64,000 nucleotides of DNA from Eledone cirrhosa (lineage: Eukaryota): contig OZ024741.1 of assembly GCA_964016885.1 (NCBI GenBank), forward strand, positions 53,010,001 to 53,074,000. The letters run 5' to 3'. Both the position numbers and the translations under genes were made by a program. Shown one piece after another: positions 54,675 through 64,000 of the stretch. Position 1 is the stretch's first letter. Each line of letters begins with the position of its first letter. The notes beneath the pieces were generated by a model. That model saw only the letters and a list, made by a program, of their open reading frames with translations. It had not been told where the DNA came from and did not search any database.

Positions 54675-55172
54675 TTAAAACGATCAAATTTTAGTTTAGA
54701 ACATTTTTTTGCTGACAGGTGTTTCTTACAGAGGGAATCTGGAATCATCAGAGCATAGGGAATGTAAAAACATGTGACAAAAATTCCTAGTCATTCAGAA
54801 CATTTAGGATACATAAGTGTTGTTAGGATACATAAGTGTTGTTAGTGTCATAGACTCTTGATTCTCCACATCATGTCTATGATACTAACAACACTTATGT
54901 ATCCTAAATCTTCCGAATGACTAGGATTTTAGTCACATGTTTTGACATTCCCTATGCCCCGATGATTCCAGACTTCCCTCTAGAAGAAACAATCGCCAGC
55001 AAATAAATGTTCTTAACTAAAGTTTGATCGTGTTACCACTTAGTATCTGGGCTCTGTAAATCACTTGATAATTTGCATTGAGACTTTTGTCATACCGGTA
55101 ACAGGCTAGTTCTTAGTACTACCCTCCATATTTATAATTGTATTAAACATATATAAATATAAATATTGTTAT

Positions 55173-55175
<3 letters not shown>
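54675..55175. mobile_element. PLE-derived fold-back with a hammerhead in each arm (inverted repeat ~54675-55035)
   Basis: Arms of ~180 bp; the right arm continues ~140 bp further to (TA)n. Confidence 0.78.
54710..54755 (-). ncRNA. Type I minimal hammerhead ribozyme, intact core
   Basis: TGCT-CTGATGA-TTCCAGA TTCCC TCTGTAA-GAAA-C ACCT G-TC-AGCA: helix I TGCT/AGCA and a GUC triplet. Confidence 0.78.
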
Positions 55176-57690
<2,515 letters not shown>

Positions 57691-57759
57691 AAAGTTCAAT
57701 AAATCTCCTATGCACACCTTCACTCTGTCCTTATATATATATATATATATATATATAAG

Positions 57760-60700
57760 CAGAAGGGATATTCAATTTTTGGGTTATTTAACAAATATAA
57801 ATGTTTATAACTGATTGAGAGCCCTCTACAGATTTTTCTGGAGTATAATATACAATGATATTAAATAAATGGAAACTATAAAACCATATTTATTCTATTA
57901 TATATATTTCAAGGGTACCAACAATTTTGGTACGCTATCATGAGATAATATACGAAGTATGTTTTATAAATTTTGACATAACCAAGGATAATATACCTTA
58001 ACGGTTCAAATTATACCTGGATAGTGTAGGGAAGAGAAAAGTCAGATATTTCAAAGTATTAATATGAGTATGCAAATGAGGTTTATGTAAAAAGGCTGAA
58101 AAAACATTATTTTAGACGCTATGTAAAATTTAAATAATTAGGATAAGTTATTGTATTCGTAGGAAAGAAGAGAAAGGAGGAAGAGCTAGCATTTACGTTA
58201 ATTTGGGGGAAAAGAATTTGTTTACCTATATTATGATTTATAATATTGTAGAATTATGATTGTAAGTACTTTTTATCTTATTACATACGATAGGCTATAT
58301 ATATATATAAATAAATATATATATATATTAATAATTGCGTATGTATTAGTATTATAGAGATAGAGATAAATTATAATTATTAACTGTTTATATATCAAAT
58401 ATGAGTTACGATTATATATCAAATATGAGTTATGATTTTGTATTTTACTTAAAAATAGGTGGTTCAAGTTGTGAGAGTAGAACAATTTGTGGATTCAAAA
58501 ATGTTGTTCAACATTGAAAATGTTTTCAGAATATTGTTAATTTAGCGATGCTATACAGATTATCAAACATAACACGTATGTTTGCACGATTGAGAAAGGA
58601 AAGATAACTCCAATTTTGTTTGTTAACCATTAAATTAGATGAATGATTTACTCCAAAATATATAGAGAAAATTATATATTATTTTGTGTGAGCTCCATTA
58701 TTTTAGTCGAAAGATGTGTGAATGTTTGAATAACAAAAAGAGAGAGGGAAAATATAATGTGTTTTTCGAAGATCTATCGTAACGAGGATACATTTTCAGA
58801 ATGTCATTTAAAGATTATCAATCTACATCTAAAAATATATTTAGAGGGGTGTCCTTAGAAAAATAATGTCAGAATTAAAAATAATGTCAGAATTAAAAAT
58901 AATGTCAGAATTAAAATAATGTCGGAAATTAAAATATTAACTATATATATTAAAAATATTATAAATATTAGAGATATTAAAAATGTTTAGAAATATTAAA
59001 AATATAAAAAAAAATATTAAAAATATTAAAAATATTAAAAATATTAAAAATATTTAAAATATTTAAAAAATTTACATTTACATTTTTGAAATGGTATGAT
59101 CATTTGAAGGTGAATAGGAATATTATAAATTAAAAATAGTTCTGATGGTTGAATTTTGGCGATGTTTGCAAGAAGAAAATAATTCTGTTCTGAGATTAAT
59201 AGAGTTTTGACAGTTAATTATATAAAAAATTTCTTCGATACACAATTTAGAGAATCTTGATAAAGCCAATTTTCGGTATGCAGGTGCTTTCGAAATCGTT
59301 CTCCAAGATATTGAATAGTCTATATTGTTGTCTTTTAAATTCCAAATTAGATGTGAAAATTAAGTAGAAGATTTTTTATCAGATCTCCTAAATGTATGAT
59401 TATGGATATTCCAGCGTTCTTTAAATTTTGTTGAAGTGGCACCAACATAATTAAACATTTTGTCTCTAGTTTTAACTGCATTTATAAACTATGTTTTTGT
59501 CTAAACAATTATTTTGTAAAGGGCAGTTTGATTTGATTCTACAGTTACATTTACTCGAGTTATTGTTGTTCAGAATGGTACTATTATTCTGAATATTGTT
59601 GTTAGAAATATTATTATTGCTATTTTGGTTAGTTTGGTTAGGGTTTAAATTTAAGTTTCTATTATTAATTCTATTTATATTTTGTGCTATGTTAATAGTA
59701 GTAGAATAGGATAGTTTTAGAGTGTGTCTGTTAAAAATAGAGTGGTATCTGTGGGCTTTAGGAAAACATTTATCTAGTGCATTAAAGAATATTTTGCTAA
59801 AGGTGTTATAACGCTTAATGAGAATGGGGTAGAGTACCAAATAATATTTCTAGTTCTAGTTTTTTTTGTTTGGTTTAGTGTTTAAGTTAATACTAGGATG
59901 ATATGTCATGTTATTGTTATCTATATATTTAATTCTATTCTAAATTTAATAATAAATAAAATTTAAATAATAAATACTTAAATATATAATTAAATAAATA
60001 ATTAAATAATAAATAATTTAAATTAATTTAATAATAAATAATTTAATAATCATCTCTGGACAAAGCCGAGAGAAAAAACAATTTTGATATCACTACAGAC
60101 CTCGTTGGATTATTTATTAATAATATACTGCATAGGAAAATGCCAGAGATGACCAGATGTTTATTTCGTGACGATATGTTGCTTTTAACTGAAAACCAAA
60201 GCAATAGTGAAATTCATAAGAAAAGAAAATTCATAATACAATTTTTCAACAACTACAATCTTACGTTAGAAATAGAGAATAACTACAAAATCGTTAACTT
60301 CTTAGATGTAAATTTAAACATTAGCCCAGGTCTTCACTATCCTTTCCATAAAATTAACGAACATCTAAATTATGTAAGTTTCAATTCTAATCATCCTAGA
60401 AATATTAAAAACACTATTGTCAATAGCGTCCAACAACGGATTTCACGCATCTCTGCTAATAAAAATATTTTTGATGATAAGGCTGAATATTATAATGAAG
60501 CATTACATAGAGCAGGACACCCCTCTAATATATTTTTAGATGTAGATTGATAATTTTTAAATGACATTCTGAAAATGTATCCTCTTTACGATAGATCTTC
60601 GAAAAACACATTATATTTTTCCTCCCCCTTTTTGTTATTTACACATCTTTCGACTAAAATAATGGAGCTCACACAAAATAATATATAATTTTCTCTATAT

Positions 60701-61175
60701 ATTTTGGAGTAAATCATTCATCTAATTTAATGGTTAACAAACAAAATTGGAGTTATCTTTTCTTTCTCAATCGTGCAAACATACGTGTTATGTTTGATAA
60801 TCTGTATAGCTTCGCTAAATTAACAATATTCTGAAAACATTTTCAATGTTGAACAAAATTTTTGAATCCACAAATTGTTCTACTCTCACAACTTGAACCA
60901 CCTATTTTTAAGTAAAATACAAAATCAACTTCCTTCGTAACTCATATTTGATATATAAACAACTAATAATTATAAATTATCTCTATCTCTCTAATACTAA
61001 TACATACGCAATTATTAATATATATATATATATATTTATATATGTATAACCTATCGTAATGTAATAAGATAAAAATACTTACAAACATAATTCTTCATAT
61101 AATCTAATTGATTATATATACAATATTATAACTCATAATATAGGTAAACAAATTCTTTTCCCCCAAATTAACGTA
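57760..61175. mobile_element. Second Hydra-like PLE with internal inversion and ~660-bp inverted repeats
   Basis: Minus 59100-59946: linker and GIY-YIG (WYSTPF, CNC, YVG, CKH). Plus 60050-60517: RT (FRDD, NFLDV). Inverted repeats 58194-58856 and 60514-61175. Confidence 0.85.
57896..57950 (-). ncRNA. Hammerhead-like motif at the PLE 3' end (core CTCATGA)
   Basis: TATTA-T-CTCATGA-TAGCGTACCAA AATTG TTGGTACCCTT-GAAA-TATA-TA-TAATA. Confidence 0.6.
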
Positions 61176-61328
61176 TGTTATTTTTCTTAATTTTTCTTAA
61201 TTTAATATTTAAAGTTGAGGATAAAAAACCATATTGCTGTAGTTAGTATTTTTTTACCCTAGCAAATTTGGTCCTTACGATTCGAACACATATATGTTTA
61301 TATTAGTGTTCATCTCTCTTGTTTATTC

Positions 61329-61423
<95 letters not shown>

Positions 61424-61425
<2 letters not shown>

Positions 61426-62030
61426 AGACCCTCTTCTTGCTATTTCATTTCAAGCGTTAACCTAGTATATTCCTTACATATACTGTACTGATTGTGTTAT
61501 TTCTGTTTACCTTTTACATACATATATATTATCGCTTACGTTGACCTCTGAAATTCTTTGGATTTTCGAATTAGATTTTAACCCCAAAACTGGGTATCAG
61601 CCCGGAGTTTACTTGAACTTCCACCAGGAAATCTTTCGTATTACTGAAATTTTCTTTGCTTCTTGAATTTAAATATACCACGACTCTCTATCACTTTTCT
61701 TCTACTATAAACTTCTTACACCACCTTCTTCTCACCCATCTATTTTCCCCTCCCACCATAGTACCTTCAACATGCCCAATCTCAAATCTTTTTTCCGCCA
61801 GCTCCATTCCACTCTCAAACGCTTGCATCATTCCAACCTCATATCGAAATACATTTTTTTCTAATTCCACCCCATCCGTCCCTTCAATCAATCTTATTGC
61901 TCATTCTTCCTACTGATGAAGAACTAGCATCCGAAACGTTAAGACCCTCTTTCTGCTATTTCAAGCGTTAACCTAATATATTCCTTCCATATACTGTACC
62001 GATTGTGTTGTTATTTCTGTTTACCTTGTA
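61424..62030 (+). mobile_element. Non-autonomous PLE or retrozyme-like unit with ~100-bp terminal direct repeats and a hammerhead core
   Basis: Repeat AAGACCCTCTT..TTTACCTT at 61425 and 61941; CTGATGA at 61913-61919 and GAAACGTT at 61933-61940. Confidence 0.72.
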
Positions 62031-62826
62031 CATACATACATACATACATACATACATACATACATACATACATACATACATACATACATACATACACACA
62101 CATACACACACACACACCCCACACACCCCACCCCATACACATAAATATATATATATATATAAACGTGTATGTGTCCGTGTCTGTATGTATGCATGTATGC
62201 ATGTATGCATGTATGTCACACATCTGAATCTGACAAGCGATTGCAATGCTCTTAGCGTGAGTTTGCAGCCATCATTTACTTGTGTATGCATGTATGTATC
62301 TATATATGTATGTAGACGTACTTGTATATATGTAGATAGGTAGGTACATATGTAGGTAAGTAGGTATATGTATATATAAATTCAGAATTTTAAGTAACGT
62401 ATTTTGCAAAACGAAGCAAGGGAAGTTCTATAATCAAATACATACACAAACACACACAACCATCCACACACACACACACACACACACACAACCATCCACA
62501 CACACACACACACACACTCACCTGCATACATATGCGTGGTTATATATGTGTATGTATATTGGACTCACCAGTTGTATATCGACGTAAAAGGTTTCAACTG
62601 TCTTGTTTGTTTATATTTTGTGACTATGCCTTAAAAGGAATTTCAGTCCAGCTGCTGGTTTACGCATCAAGCTGCATTTAGTGAACATGACGTCGTTTTG
62701 AGCAGAGCAGGATGGACGGTTTTATCGGTTCTTTCCTACTATATAAAGCGTTAAAGTAATATGTGTCTTCATTGTACTGTGTCGTTTGATTTGTTATTTT
62801 TGTTTATTTTTTGTATATATATATAT

Positions 62827-63243
62827 AATTGGTGTTGGATGCTTAAAGCGTCCGTATGCGGTAGGCCGTATGAGCACTCGATGCTCTCATAGAGCAGAGT
62901 ATGATATCACGGAAAAAAAGAGAATCAGTGTTGCGACGAATGGAATTTATTGGACATATTACAATCGTTTCTCTGGCGACCAGCTCGAGACACGATCGAT
63001 GTGATGATCGAACCTGACTCTGAAAATCGCAAGGTCCTCAGATACGAGATACGTCTTGATTCTACGAAGCAGATTTTTCTATGTACTTGTAGAATCAAGA
63101 CGTATCTGAAGACCTTGCGATTTTCAGAGTCAGGTTCGATCATCACATCGATCGGGCCTCGAACTGGTCGCCAGAGAAACGATTGTAATATGTCCAATAA
63201 ATTCCATTCGTCGCAACACTGATTCTCTTTTTTTCTGTGATAT
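62827..63243. mobile_element. PLE-derived fold-back (inverted repeat 62904-63243) with a long-helix-II hammerhead in each arm
   Basis: Near-perfect arms of ~170 bp; (TA)n on both sides; homologous to 5441-5687. Confidence 0.85.
63101..63192 (+). ncRNA. Type I hammerhead with 63-nt helix II
   Basis: CGTAT-CTGAAGA-[63113-63175]-GAAA-CGATTG-TA-ATATG; the mirror copy on the minus strand has core CTGAGGA. Confidence 0.75.
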
Positions 63244-63250
63244 ATATATA

Positions 63251-63325
63251 TATATCTTTAATATAGAAAAGGCTTCTACAGGACTAGAACTGTTTCATTC
63301 GGGAGAAATCATCTATCTATCTATC

Positions 63326-63360
<35 letters not shown>

Positions 63361-63530
63361 ATGTCCCGGATTCAGTCGTTGGTAACCACACCAAGCAAGG
63401 TACTTAACCATTAGTGGAGGTTAAACATCAAATTTAATATACAAATGATTTCTACAGGACTAGAACTGATGATTTCTTTCGAATGAAACAGTTTTGGTCC
63501 TGTACAAGCCATTTCTATATTAAAGTTGAT
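63251..63530. mobile_element. Compound PLE pseudo-LTR fragments with hammerhead-like core, inverted
   Basis: 63255-63313 is the reverse complement of 63469-63527; CTGATGA-TTTC TTTC GAAT-GAAA-CAG at 63466-63491. Confidence 0.68.
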
Positions 63531-64000
63531 ATATATATATATAAAACTGTTATTGTCTCTTGATTGAATATATCTACCAAAGTCTGAATAATAAACCGTT
63601 ACGTTTAATTACCTCAGAATGGCCAATGACCAAGAAGTTCCGTTTTACCATAGAGGCAGCTGGACACAAGCCTGGTATGTGATATTTGGTAGACGGAGAC
63701 CAGAAGATTGTCAAATGCAACAATATAGTTGTAACTCAAAGGTAGAGACTTGTCACACACATTGGAATGCTGAATAAGCTTGAGAATTACCTTAAATGTT
63801 AAATGTGTTTTAAATGTAGTCGGCTACGTCTACAGTAATGGGACGATTCGGTGATCGAACAACTGGAACAGCCAACGTCGAAACCAATAAAAACCGTATA
63901 ATTTCAATAAATTCAAAAGTGTGGGACCAGTGAGTAGAAAGTGTTGTTCTATCCACAAAGGCGACTACAATAGGTAAACAAACGAATTACACTGTGTATC

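Noticed and set aside
63836-63935. Possible small plus-strand exon (CAG/..ATGGGACGA..CCA/GTGAGT)
   Set aside because: Poor polypyrimidine tract, no recognisable peptide, and at the window edge.

Overview
AT-rich eukaryotic intergenic or intronic DNA, saturated with repeats. The SINE types and microsatellite load suggest an octopus or other cephalopod; this is inference. I can support no host protein-coding gene, and most ORF-track entries are translated microsatellites. Contents: (1) a near full-length Tx1/L1-clade LINE with a 20-bp TSD in (GATA)n, plus a truncated copy. (2) Several R4/Dong-like RLE LINEs, RTE LINEs and RTE-derived bipartite non-autonomous elements, chained through (TATG)n tracts. 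(3) A tRNA-derived SINE forming a head-to-tail array in (TAA)n. (4) A Chapaev3-like DNA transposon remnant. (5) Many Penelope-like element (PLE) pieces. The most striking pattern is a set of short fold-back (inverted-repeat) insertions, mostly in (TA)n tracts, from several unrelated PLE-like families. Nearly all carry hammerhead ribozyme cores (CUGANGA...GAAA...UH) or parts of them, with the fold-back point at or just upstream of the ribozyme. They include a hammerhead with a 63-nt helix II. Separately, there is a ~516-nt direct-repeat unit that begins at the predicted cleavage site. Boundaries were read by eye and may be off by a few to tens of bases.
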